Assembly (NCBI GenBank): GCA_000708835.1
Contig: DF237368.1
Location: 1-64,000 of the forward strand
Length of the DNA: 64,000 nt
DNA from: Klebsormidium nitens
Taxonomy: Eukaryota > Plantae > Klebsormidiophyceae
Reading direction: 5' to 3'
In this document: piece after piece, positions 39,301 through 51,475 of the stretch
Layout of the letters: every line of letters starts with the position of its first letter
Position numbering within the stretch: the first letter of the stretch is position 1
Notes under the pieces: model-generated
The model's database searches: none
What the model was told of the DNA's origin: nothing
The model's input: only the letters and a program-made list of their open reading frames with translations
Position numbers and translations under genes: made by a program

Positions 39301-40210
39301 GCATGCCAAAGCTCAACGCCAGTCCTCAGCAAGTACGTGCAATGTGACGGGAAGCCAAGGAAGTAATTACACCGCCATGCAGAGCAAGCCAATGTCCATG
39401 AAGTATGAGCGGGAAGTTCCACGATCTCCACTGATGGACCTTCAGTCTGTCTCTCTTCGCCCTACCTCCTCACTGCTTTCATATTATCTTCTGACAAGAG
39501 ACCAGAGGAAAGAACTCATGCAACCTCATTAGCTTGCAAACGAGCCAACTCCATAGAGATTATTATGTCACAGAGTGATGGCATGTAGAATGAGATGAAA
39601 AGGACGGAAGCAAGTCAAATCACGTTCAATGCAGAACACACAAACCCAAAATTGTTTGCATGAAACATAAGAAACACTGCCTCTAGTTTAAGAAACTGGA
39701 ACAGCGCGCGTGCTGGTCGCATAGCTAATGTCCCTTCTTTTGCACTCGACGTCATGATCAGTGGAACTCTTCCCAAGAGACAAGGACATACGCAGAAAAT
39801 TCTGCAATGGCTGACCAACAGTGTAAACATGTTGCAGGTCCACATGCAAATCTCTGCTTTCTTTGCACATTCTGGATACAAAACAAGAGGGCCATTCCCG
39901 TTGGTCAACAAAAAGCCTAGGAACACAACCTGTTCTTCAAATGCCCTAACTTTTGAAAACTCATGGAGAATCAGTTTCCCAAATTGGCCGAAATCATGAG
40001 AATCACTCAATCTGCAAAAATCAATCAATGACAACCGGTAATGTGCATTTGCAGCTCATCCCAACTATCAGCAAAAGATGTTCCTGGGTTTGTCGCAGGA
40101 TAAACCGGGGAGAAGGGGCGCTTACATAAAAGAGCGACGGTGTGACTAGCTCCAGCTGAGAGCCAGAGCACCTCCATGCTCCCATCTGCCTTTGGGCCCC
40201 CATCCATCAT
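33314..40210 (-). CDS. UVR8: UV-B photoreceptor UVR8, ~11 exons (approx. 40210-40126, 39126-38945, 38750-38590, 38130-38048, 37730-37586, 36755-36581, 35820-35752, 35115-35041, 34855-34645, 33795-33750, 33411-33314)
   Basis: SAGASHTVALL, SWGRAEDGQLGHGDAE, YSWGWGDFGRLGHGNSSDLF, WGRNQNGQLGLG, AAGAEHTAAVTEDG.VYGWGWGRYGNLGLGDR, three intact GWRHT motifs (tryptophan triad), YTFGWSKYGQLGHG, the C27 motif PAERYAIVPE, and a terminal DVPVAAKRPKIH*. Confidence 0.97.
35303..35438 (-). mobile_element. Short AT-rich insertion in a UVR8 intron, flanked by near-identical 11-bp direct repeats; possible retroposed or organellar fragment
   Basis: ACGTACTCAAA (35303-35313) and ACGTATTCAAA (35428-35438) flank ~114 bp of roughly 25% GC by my count. 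A-rich end on the minus strand; three 13-bp TT(C/T)(A/G)GCGGA repeats inside. Confidence 0.4.
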
Positions 40211-41419
40211 TGCAAACTCCACCTGCCTCTTGGCTACAAAATGCAGTGAATATTTCTGACTGTAACCAGTAGAGTGAGCACAAAACTTCCTGGCTCAAGT
40301 CAATGCGGTCCCTGTTTTGGCATACGATTGAATGACACCCTCTTCAACTATTCCTATGACTGTAGAAGCCCTTCAATTCTGGCACAGACAACGAAACCGA
40401 GTTCTGCAAGAGTGGTTGGGCGGACTCTGAGCCGCTTGCTGCAATGCAGACCAGACAAGATCCCATTTGCATCGCATCACCAGAGGTAAGCCGCAAGAGA
40501 ATGCCGTTCGGATTGGTAGCCCCCTAGCAAACTCCACAGCAAAGCCTGTTCATGCGCCCCTTCCGACCAGCGCTCTCTAGACTCTAGTCTTGGCGCTCTG
40601 CTGGTCTCCTTCAAGTTCCCTTCGTCAGCAAGAGCGGAGCCATGATTATTTTTCAAGAGCAGGAAATTGCGGGACGCAACTGCGGCGGATAAGGTTGACA
40701 CAAGCAACTTGTTGGCGTCCGTTCCATACATCATCAGCGTAAAGAGTGTCAAGCCTTCAGGCCCCGTCCGATCTTGACCGATGATCTTCTAAGTCCGTAA
40801 TGCCACGTGTCCACAAAGCCGATGTGAATACCCTCGAGCGAATCTTCAATAATATTGCCGAATACCTACATAGTACAGGGCTGGTCGCTTGTTCACACTC
40901 GCTTCACCACCACCTCACGAAATGCCTGCAAATTGCAATGTTCAGCCTGTGCAAAAGACGGAAGACTGGGACAACCAGCTCCTGCGGCCGCCCTTCCATA
41001 GGTATGCCCATATAATAGCAGCATTGGGGTGAAGCGAAGCTGTGAGCTTGAGCATCTTTTTGGCGGCATGGCAATGCAGCGGATTCGCTTTCTGGGACGA
41101 TTGAAGGGAAGCTTGGAACTCACCACCAGCATTACCGAGGTGGGTTTGCTTCGCCAACTTCTCCGGTTGAAGCGTCTGCGATTGTTGAAACATTTGTAAT
41201 TGCAAATATTTGTCGTCAGAGTTCCCAGGCGCTCAGCCGAAACTCCAGAAACCGCAATATCTGAGGGGAGTGCTTCGCATATGTCTGTCTTACTGGCCCT
41301 TGCCACCATTTGGCATTAAGTATCCTACATCATAAGGTCTCTGATATCCGGCAGTCGCAGCAGTTGAGTCAAAATTATGAGTATCATCTATCAACGCACT
41401 GTGCAAGCCTCACTTCAGA

Positions 41420-44315
41420 ATGTTTCAGTTCTCAACTAACTTACCACGTTGCTCTCTCTTCCACCGTGCTCCGGAAAGGGTGCTTTGGGAGGCTTGCCTG
41501 TGCGGAAAAAGACTTGCTGGCAGCAGTACTTTTCTAAGGTTTCCACCAGTGCACTTTCCGCCAGCTTCCGAGAATTTCCGGTTAGATGCTCAGGAAAGTT
41601 ATTGGCGTCAAGCAAATGCAAATACATCTGCGCCAAAGTTGCTGCACCTTGTTTGAGCGAAGAATCTGGCTTCCTTCTTTCTTTGCAGCTGCTCTGGGCA
41701 GGGGGCGCCCAGTCTTCACTAGAGTGCCCCCCCGGCGCTCGTGGCTTTGCGAAGGCTCTCAATCAGAAGCTCAATGTTGTCCTGAAGGAGGTGAGACTGC
41801 ACAAACACGATTTGTATTTTCCCCTGCAAATGGTTTGGTTCTTGCTGTGGAAATGATGCGGATCTTACCTTGGCCTTGCCAACTTTCTTTGATGTGTTGT
41901 ACAGAAGTCCCTACCCCATCTGGGAATCTGATCGATGTAGTGGTGGTAGGGTATGGATATAGCTAGACATCTCCTGATGGTGTTGCAGAGTAACTGTATT
42001 AATCAGACGAGGGTGGCTTGTTGACACTACTATTGATATCGAAAGACTCCGGGCCTTTGAGGCCGTCAGCCTCATTTTGCTCCACTCTTTGATAAGCAAC
42101 GTTGAGCCGAGTTCAAAAGATCTGCTGAGAAAATGATGTGGACTGGTTCAAAGAAGAGAACTCAAACAATGTCAGATCAGAGATTACAGATCAGATTGGA
42201 TCAAAGATTGAACAACGTCCCTTCTTGTTCCTCAGGACGTCCAAGGGGTGGGGCAGGCTGGGGAGGTGCTGTCGGTGGCTGCAGGCTTTGCCCGGAACTT
42301 CCTGATCCCGCAGAGGAAAGCACTGCCGGGGCTGGAGAAGTATGTCCAGATGGCACACACCTTCCGACTGGTGAGGGGACTTATTCTATTCTCCTTCTGT
42401 CCCTACTTATTGAGGTCGTTGTGACCACAGATGACAGCCGGTCAGAAATTCAATTTGTGCCTGCCGACATATCTTTGCAGGTAGCAGGGCCCTTTCATTG
42501 TTGAAGGGTTTGCGCATAGTAGAAGATTGCTCCAAAGGAAGCGGGTTCCTCCACTATTTGAGGATATACTTCTCGGCTTCGTCAAACTCAATGAAGGGGA
42601 AAGGGATAGAAAGCCCGCCCATTCTTTCAATATAATTTCAAAACATTGCGGCAACAATCAGTAGCCTGCGTAAACAGGCTTTACCGATTCTGCTTGAGTA
42701 AACTCTTGGACGACCATTCACATACAACAGATGCTCTTTTAGACGAACTTGTCTTTCCTCGCTGTCTGCACCTTTGTTCGAACTCGAAATTAATTCTGGA
42801 CGCAAATGTTGTAGTGTTGGGACAAGCTGTCACGCTGACTGGACACCTTCTGGGACTCTGACACGGGTCCTTGACGTTCCGACACCCTTCCAATAATCAT
42901 ATCTCCTTATCGGAATTGGCTGATTGCCACTTACAGACAGAAGGGAGCACCTGATTGCTCATTTCGTTGGACATATTTTGAACCTTGTCGGACATCCGGA
43001 CACTTGCAGGACGATAACGTGGAGGTGCTGCAGCGGCGCGCGGGGCAGGCGGACGCGGACAACCTGGAGAAGCAGCGGCAGCGGATACGGCGGGAGCGGG
43101 AAAAGGTCGTGCGGCGATTGACGTCTACCAAAGTGGTAAGATATGGTACCAATCTTTCGTCCTTGTATCTTTTGGATATAGCTTTGTGAGATGGTCGCCC
43201 GACAATAGCAGAGACGAGAGGATGGTAGTAGAGATACGAAAGCTAGCTCTTTCGAGGAGCTCAGGATGCTGACGGCGACCAAAGTGGTGGGACCCGGATT
43301 GCTCAATACCTTCGGTTGTGCTGGTAAGGGTTTGCAGAGTGTCCTTGAGAGCAGTTGAGGACAAAAGGATCGAGTCGAGTATTCAGGCAAAGACCTGCGT
43401 TCTTGGACGCGGCACTCATGTAGACTTACTTGCCCGATATAAGTTAAGGTTTGCCGACTGGTTCTGCGAGCATTTCTCGTTGAGCGAGTGACCCCTTGTC
43501 TACAAAGCTGCGCCTGACCCCCAACACATTCCTTGCAGGTTTTCTACCGCAACCTGAACAAGACTGACCGCCTCACCCTTCTTACCCCAGTCAATGCGAA
43601 GGACATTGTTGCCGAGGTACGTTTCTGATCAGGATCCCTGTCAAGCCGAAACGTTCGAGGCGTCTAAAGCCTCTGTTGCTGCGACAAACTTCCCCTCTTA
43701 GAACGCTTTGATATCGTTGCAAGCGGATCAGGAGCACGTTGGGACCGCAAGTCATCCAGTTCGACGAACGAAGTTTTGGGGGTGGCCGTGCTGAGGACGC
43801 GTCAATCAAGCAGACAATCAAAAAGCACATCGCTGTCGGCGGAAACGCAACGTTCATATTGCCCCTCTGTTGGAAGGGTAGATAAGCTCAGATTCAGTGA
43901 CGCTTTGCGGTGCACTTTTTTGCTGCTCTTCGCGGTTGTAGGATGGAGCTCTTTCTGTGCTGGCCTGCAGGCTGCCAAACCAGCAGGTCTAAGTCCAAAT
44001 GTTTGGCATACTTTGAAGCCGAACATCTTCGTGATTCGTCAGCGCTTTTCCTCGTTGCAGGTAGAGCGGCAGTTGCGGATCTCCATGCAAGAGGAATGCA
44101 TCCGGCTCGCCCAACCCATCACCGGCCTTGGAGACTTTGAGGTCCCCCTCTTGTTGCCGGAAGACGAGGTTGCACAAGAGCTTCAACAGGCCTTGTTAGA
44201 AGAAGGGAGCCAGGATTCGTATGACGAGGAGGACGAAGGGCGGCAAAAACAGCTGGCCATCACAGTCCGAGTTCGGAGAAAAGGCAAGACCGGGACAGCG
44301 AAGGGAGCGTCCTAG
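41420..44315 (+). CDS. RPL9: Ribosomal protein bL9, mitochondrial type; exons (41420-41479 tentative), 41689-41790, 42236-42370, 43010-43135, 43539-43616, 44061-44315
   Basis: KLNVVLKE|DVQGVGQAGEVLSVAAGFARNFLIPQRKALPGLEKY (L9 N-domain) and TPVNAKDIVAE|VERQLRISM...LAQPITGLGDFEVPL (C-domain). AxPxxxKY and DIVxEVxRQL match the recalled plant mitochondrial L9 better than plastid L9. First exon uncertain. Confidence 0.85.
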
Positions 44316-45605
44316 TAGATGTGGCGCGAAGAACTTCGGAAGTTGTGCCAAGCACGTTGCTTGGTTTGGAAACAGCGTTTTCGGTCCATGACCGAGATGC
44401 GAGGGGTTTTTAGTATGCGGTTCGGCGTTCATTCGGTCGACCCTTTGCTCCAGGATTCGAGTTGAAAGTTTCTAAGAATCTTGTGCAAAGGCTGGTGTTT
44501 TGCAGATATGGCTTGACAGATTGCATGCCAGCCAGGATACTGGCGCCCTATGTAGGCGGCCGCAGTCTGTAAGAGACACACATGGATCTCCGTTCACCTT
44601 GTCTAGCGGCGTGACAGGCGGCTGCCTGCCAAAAAGGGGCATCGTCATAACCTCCATGTTCGAAACGGGTATGCTTATTGGAGGTTAAGGTTGCAGTCCG
44701 GCCGCCGCTGCAGCGTGTGCTATACTATTTGACAACATTTTCTGAGCTCAACCGCATTCCGCGGCAGCATTCAACAAGTCCCACACAGGCTCGCGAGCCT
44801 ACAGGGTCTCCGAGAATGGTCACCGAGCCCACACGGGATATCTCAGACAAGGCTCGCATCATGAAACTGAGAGTGATCATTGTTGAATGCATGGACAACA
44901 TGATGCGCATACGTGCCACAAATGGTCGATTCGATATAACGTCTGCAATATATACCAAAAGTCACAATTCGAGATTCCCAGCTATCGAGCATAGATACAT
45001 ACCAACCATAATATGATTCGAGCATACCGCAATCAATTGTTCGTGGCGGAACATGCGCATGAACAATCGAACATGCAACTTAGCATGCAATCGTTTAGCC
45101 GCGCCCCATGAGGCCCCCGGGGCGGCCAGGCAACCACGCATCAGCCCTAGTACGGTACCTATAGAATTTGGCAGGTTCCTAATGATCCTGTCGGATCCGA
45201 TCGGGCTGTGCGCGGCGAACATTGGCACATAAATTATCAGAAAGCTGCGTGCCGGATCACTAGGGTTTCATACATACATCAGAGCGATTCGTCCGACGTG
45301 CACTGGACTTCTGAATTCAGACGTCATAGTTTGAAAGGCAGCATGCATGGCGCAGCATTGATGAGACATTTGCTAACTTGACCTTGAGGTCGTCATGCGC
45401 ATACCAAGGGTGCATTTGCAGACCTTGGCCTTCCAACTCATTCTCGCTTCCATACAGACAGGTTTAGTATACCTTGCACCAAGCAAGTGCCAATCTTCTT
45501 TCCAAAGCAGGCAGACTGCTCAGAGCAGAGCCGTTACCTTTCCCCCCTCTTGTTCAGCATCTGATTCCATTCCGTGCAGCAAACGCCCCATTATAAGAAG
45601 ACAAC

Positions 45606-47514
45606 CTAGGCCTCCTTTGTGATGAACTTGACCTTGATGGGCATCTTTTGCGCAGCAATCGCCATAGCCGCCCGCGCCACCTGTGGTGACACCCCCGCCA
45701 TCTCATATATGATCCGCCCCGGCTTTACGACAGCCACCCAATGCGACAGGGACCCCTTTCCGGACCCCATACGAGTTTCCGCCGGCCGCATCGTGATGGG
45801 CTTGTCAGGGAAAACCCGGATCCAGATCTTGCCACCACGACGGGCGTAACGAGTCATCGCCCTACGTCCCGACTCAATCTGGCGGGCTGTGATCCATGTT
45901 GGCTCCTGAGCCTGTAGAGCAAAGCTCCCGAAGGCAATGGTGTTCCCCCGCGAAGCCTTGCCCGTCAACCGGCCCCTGTGCTGCTTCCGGTGCTTCACTC
46001 TCCGAGGGCTGAGCATGCTCCGCACGACGCCCTGCCGACAGGATTAGCGGAAGAGTATCAGCAACCCTGTGGATATGCGCCGACCAACTCCTGACCACGT
46101 CTTACACCTTCCTTACTCGACATTGATGTGTTTCGGGAAGATGAGTGCTTGGCTCGTGCTTGGCTTGTGCTGAAAGAGGACATTCTTCAAGGTGCTGTGC
46201 CCCTATTTCAATATGTTCCAAAAGAGCAAATAGCAAAAAAGATCCACAAAGCAGATGCACTATCATTAAAAGGTTGGTCTTACAAAGCTCCTGTTGCGAG
46301 CAGTGTACCAAACTTCGACGCACGACCAGCGAAGAGCAGGGGGCTGAAAGAACTGAGTAAGCATCAAGATGCCATGAGACAAGATGTTGAATGGACCGTT
46401 GAAATTAAGGTACCAGCCAGTCTTTTCTTTGGTTACTCGCGAATGGTCGGATCCTTGCAGTTGCCTTCACCAGCTCAACTTTAATGCTGACTCCTACCAC
46501 CACAGGTCGTTGATCTTTGAGTCTGCACAAGGGGCCTTTGCAGATACTTGAAAGTGCTCTTAAGGTGGTGCCAGCTTCCACAAGGTTGGAACATCTTATG
46601 AGCCGTCACCTCACCGGCTGTGAAGCCGCCCCACTGTCGGCCTCCTCGGGCTTTACCACTGGGCTGCTTGGGCGGACAAAAGGCATCGCCACATTGCTCC
46701 TCTGGACGAAGCTGCTGCGGCTGAGCTGAGAAGGCCGCAGGTTTGCCCTGCGATTGCAAGTAGCTCGGGTCTACGTATACAATTGAGGAGGTAGATGCCC
46801 TGGCCAGGCCCTCGTCTTCATAGTGAGACTCGTCATTGTGTCATGCTTGCTTGAATTCAAGCAAACCCCTGTCTTCATAGTAAATCCAATCATGGTATCA
46901 TGCTTGTTCGATAAGCAATGCACAACGACTCGGCGGCGCTGTTCCCATACTCTATTCCAGAGTAAGTGCTAGCAATCAACATAGAAGGTTTGAGGGATGG
47001 ACAGAACCAATGCACTGACGAGCAAACCCCTGATTGCTTTGAGGGACACCCTGTAATAAACTTGCAGCGCGCACTCAACACGTGTGTTTCGTATCCTCTG
47101 CCTTACTTGGCACCCTAAGCCACCATACAAGTCACCCCCGTCAGTATGGCTTGACGTCCGGAAGAGACCAACGATCATTGCATTCAGTCAGGGTGGCCAA
47201 ACGAGACTGGTAATGACACGGAAGGGGCAGGAGACATCCAGTTGCTGATCCTCCGGCTCTGCTGCTAGCGGTGGCTCACGATGAGAACCTTGAGATGAAC
47301 CGACTTTGATATCGCCCCTGAAATGCGAACCCTTTCCTTCTGGGTGGAAGCTTGCCAGGCTCAAAACATGAAGCAGGCAGGGGGACGAGTTCTCTTACCT
47401 GCCAAGCAGCGCGGCGCTTCTGCAACTCTCAAGAGGCCTTTGTGCCACCGCCCTCTGGCCAGTAAAGGCCCTGGCAGCGCAAGACGAGGACAACGACACC
47501 GTAGAAGACGCCAT
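45606..47514 (-). CDS. rpl16: Nucleus-encoded plastid ribosomal protein uL16 with an ~88-aa transit peptide; exons 47514-47399, 46747-46615, 46031-45606
   Basis: Mature part [16 protein letters not shown]...[29 protein letters not shown] is plastid/cyanobacterial L16. Two upstream exons (116 and 133 nt, phases 2 and 0) encode [39 protein letters not shown]...GVVRS in frame. Codons are GC-rich like nuclear genes. Confidence 0.95.
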
Positions 47515-48065
47515 CCGGTCCACCCCAGATGTTTACAAGAAAATGCAGCGAAACCACCACCGTCCCTGATGCTTTTCACTACCCCGCTGCTAAACTTGCC
47601 AGCATTACCCTCTGCGAAAGGGACGCCTGCACCACTGCAACACCTTGCCCAATGCGCCTGTTCTCTCAAGCTTGTCCTTCCCTCCTGCAGGTCCAAGGGT
47701 GTGACTCCGTCCCTTTTTGCTGCGTCTACTTTATTGATTTTTGACACCAGCAGTTCAACGTCGAGTCCTTTGCTGCTGACACAAATCCTGAAGTTTCGGT
47801 TTGTGTATTTCATGACATATAAAGTGTCAAGTTTTAACCTGGAAAAGAAGGAAAGCAACCAAGTTCGCATTCATCCACGACTCACGAGGGTGCAGCAGCA
47901 GACGTGCAGCTTGTTGAAGTTGGGAAAGGGAGGCCGAGGTGGATTGCCCTGTTGCGCACTGTTCAGGGGGCAACGCAGGATCCTTCAAATGCAAGCGGAA
48001 AGGAGAGCGGATTAGGTGAAGAAACGCAAGCCCCGGTTTGATTGGAGTCTGCATTGCTCCAAACG
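47515..48065. promoter_or_regulatory. Candidate bidirectional promoter between rpl16 and rps5
   Basis: Only ~550 bp separate the divergent ATGs at 47514 and 48066; no transcription evidence is available from sequence alone. Confidence 0.55.
47690..47775 (-). pseudogene. Ankyrin-repeat relic
   Basis: Translation GLDVELLVSKINKVDAAKRDGVTPLDL aligns without gaps to consensus ELLLSKGADVNAKDKDGRTPLHL (13 of 23 identical by my alignment); no neighbouring repeats or gene structure seen. Confidence 0.55.
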
Positions 48066-50155
48066 ATGGCGTCCACAGCGGCCGTCAAAACCCTGTGTGT
48101 CGCGTCGAGCAGCATCAGCAAGGCAGCGTCCCATGCTTCCGGCGCTCCTTCCGCCATCTTGCCGGCCCCCTTCTTTGGCCGCGCTCTGACTGGTTCAAAG
48201 GCATGCTCGAGCGCGTTCAGTGGCCGCCAGTTGGGCCTCTCAAGATTTACCACAAGTGGGAGGCAGTGTGTGATGGTTGCTGATGCCCCAAGCAAAGATA
48301 CTGAGGAGGCAAAGCCGCCGTCTTATTACATGAACTTTGAGCCACCGGCGGATATTGATGAGTTCACCCGGGACTTCATGAACAGCACCCTTGAGGACGA
48401 GGACCCCGAGTATGACACGATGTGGAAGAAGTTTTTCTTTGATGAGGACGAGGAAGTTGGTGAGTGTACGGATGCTTCCTGATGCAGAAAGAGAATCCCT
48501 GTCACTTTTGGAAAAGCGACATTGATGAGTAGTGTTTGCTGGCTCTTTGACTAGGGAGGTGGGATTGCCTGCCACCGGGGATGTCCATTCTGAGTTACAT
48601 TTGACCTCCGGTATCTCCGGTTCGCGAGTAGGCTCTCGAATGTGCACCTCTGGTAATGGTTGAGCGCCTGCATTGGCATGGCTGCTCCTGGTAATGCTTG
48701 AACGGACAGGAGTGAGCTGCAGAGAGCAGGGTTTTGTTGCACTCGTGACTGCCTCGGATGCAAGAGTGAGAGCACTATCATCAGCGAGCAGAGGTGGTTT
48801 ATGATGGGCATGAGCACTTTGACGCCTCTGTGGGAGTGTGCAAGCCAAATGCACGGGTTTGTAGGGGACAGCTACTGGTCATCATATGCACTCCGTCTGA
48901 ATTGCTCCGTATTCACAAGGATGACAACTCCAATGTAGAGGACTGCATTAGGGTTTGCTGCTTTGCCCTGTCGCTATGAGCATCAACAGGGGTGCTACAC
49001 TTTAGCTCTTAAGAAAATGCTCAGGGCAACATATGCCTCTTGTCTGATGTCTACAGTCTATTATGATCAGTGGTAGCTCGAATGCGTGTGCAGAGGGTCA
49101 TCTCGTTGAAGCATGAGTCATGCAGCCTCCGGTTCTTCAATAGAGGAATTGTAGACCTTGCTCGCTTGCACGTTCCCTCTTCAACATAGAACCTGCACTC
49201 TAGTCAGAGGAATTGAGTGACGAGTTAGCAAAGCACTCAAGGACACACACATAAGTTCTCCTCTTCCACCTGAATGAATCGTCATTGTCTGTTGAGCACA
49301 AATTCGATTGAGATGACGCAGTTTGTCTGTGGAAGTTGCTGGAACGCTGGCCTCCTCATGCGGTTGATATTGCTTACCTTCTCCCAAGCTGACCGATGGA
49401 TTCCTTTGTTGTTCACGTCCCTCTTTGACTAGTGGTCTCCCTGCAGCAGCACGCGGAGGCAGACAAATTCTGCCTGTCAGCAATTGGCAGGTTGAGTGCG
49501 GCCCGTCCAGAGTTTCAGAGGTTTCTGAAGTGCACCCAACCACCGACTTGAGGGCAATCAACCGTATCAAACGAGTGCGCTGACAGATTTGCTTGTTCCA
49601 CTGGTTGCAGTTGAGGCGGTGGATGACGAAGAGGACGGCATCAAGCGGCTGCGCCCCCCAGAGCGCCGTAAGAAGGACCAGTACCAGGAGAACGTGGTTC
49701 AGGTCTCTCGGGTTAACAAAACGGTTAAGGGAGGGAACCAGCTGAGCTTCCGGGCCGTTGTCGTCATTGGGGATGGCAAGGGCGCCGTTGGAGTCGGTGT
49801 CGGAAAGGCGAAGGAAGTGATGAACGCGGTGCTGAAGGCGGGGGTGGATGCGAGGCGGCACATTATCAAGGTCCCGTTGAACAAGCAAAAGTCGATCCCC
49901 CATCGGATGGAGGGGCGGTACGGGGCAGCCAAGGTGCTGTTACGGCCGGCGCCTCTGGGGACGGGTGTCATTGCGGGCGGTTCGGTGCGGACGGTGCTCG
50001 AGATGGCGGGCGTCGAGAACACCTTCGGAAAGCAGCTTGGGAGCAACAACCCGCTCAACAACGCGCGGGCAACGCTGGTTGCGATCGGAAACATGTTCGA
50101 CAGGAAAGAGGTGGCTGAGTTCCGGAAGGTGCCGATCGAGAGCTTGCGGGTATAG
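48066..50155 (+). CDS. PRPS5: Plastid ribosomal protein uS5; exons 48066-48459, 49611-50155
   Basis: S/A-rich transit peptide [16 protein letters not shown]..., acidic plastid-type extension, and S5 core [30 protein letters not shown]...[37 protein letters not shown]. Confidence 0.95.
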
Positions 50156-51475
50156 AGGGCGTGTTGGTCTCGAAGTGGGTCTGCACAAGACCCTAGGTAA
50201 CCGAAGATAGAAAGATTGAATGTCTAAACGGAAGGTGATGAGCATCGTTTTCGAAAAGTTCGATGACATGACCCCTTGATGCTGAACATGTATGCTCCTA
50301 GCGATGACAAGCCTTAAAAGCACTTTTCCAAGAAGGGTGCCGAGTCTTTGCAATGGACAGCACCCTATATCCTCGCTAAAAGACCACTGGCCCAAGAAAA
50401 TATTGCAGACGTCGAAACGGCCGGATTGGACGTTTGTCCATAGATTTCACATGGATGCATTCCCTGCCATGCAGAACTTTGTACCCTTCACGATGGTCAC
50501 TTTTCATACTCGTCGTAGCCACTAGGCCATCTAGGCTTGATACCGCACTGCAGTTGAAGCACAAAGCTTCGTGGCCGCTTGGCCAGCCTGTTACTAGCTA
50601 TATTTAAGTATGTCAATCCACGGTTGTAATTAATATATCCGATCGTACATGGTATGTTTTTGACGTTGAGTAGCTAGAGAGAAATCTGCTCGATCCAGCC
50701 CGCTGGATCGAATACGCAGTGCATCATTGATTCAACCATATACTACGTGAATTCTGCACTACATCGCTGCCGGAGATAAGCTACGTAACTCCTCGTCCGT
50801 AGGAATTCTGAATTGGGCCTCGCAAACCGTGGCGGTCTTGTAGGTACGATCATCATATGCATCATTTTGGCTGGCGGCCTGGCAGGCTCATGAGCAGATC
50901 CGCGGCCATGTGTGTTGTCAGCTGGCAAGATACTATAGACATGACGATGATCAGGTGTGAACAAACGCCAGCCTGTGGATATTGAAGAACAAAACCGATT
51001 ACATGGTCTGGCCCGGCCTGCCAATGAGGTGCCAGGATGTCACTAAAGATTTGTAAGTCACTTTGTGCAGCCTGGCTTTCCGGCTCTCAAACAGTGACGC
51101 ATCCTCATTTGCATGGCCGAGTAACTTTGTGATTGACTGAGCTCGACCGCACGCCCCTTATTAACAAACGTGTCTAGCACGCTCACACCAAATAATCAGA
51201 TCACGGCCTCGCGATATAACTCAACACACAAAACCGTCACCGGACCTTTAGAGTTTCATGTCCACCATCCTATGAGCTGCAAGCTTTGAAAGGCTTCAGA
51301 CTGTACTTCTAGCTGATCTAAATCTACAGAAAACATTGGTTCATAGGACTCAATAATGGGTAACTACATCGCCTCAGGGTAACCCAACGAAGTCTTCCAA
51401 GAATGGTCTCCCCAAGACCTTCTCCCAGTCCGACTGCTTTGCTTTCAAAAAATGGATGCTTCGACTGGGAACTAC

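Noticed and set aside
13877-40210. RUG2-like gene and UVR8 as a local tandem duplication
   Set aside because: They belong to different RCC1 subfamilies with different motifs and exon patterns; proximity is probably coincidental.
45606-46031. rpl16 as a non-functional plastid insertion (NUPT) or contamination
   Set aside because: GC-rich codons, two spliceosomal introns, an in-frame transit peptide and no flanking plastid genes.
23490-50890. Shared GGCGGCC word in four convergent intergenic gaps
   Set aside because: A 7-mer of this composition is common by chance in GC-rich DNA.
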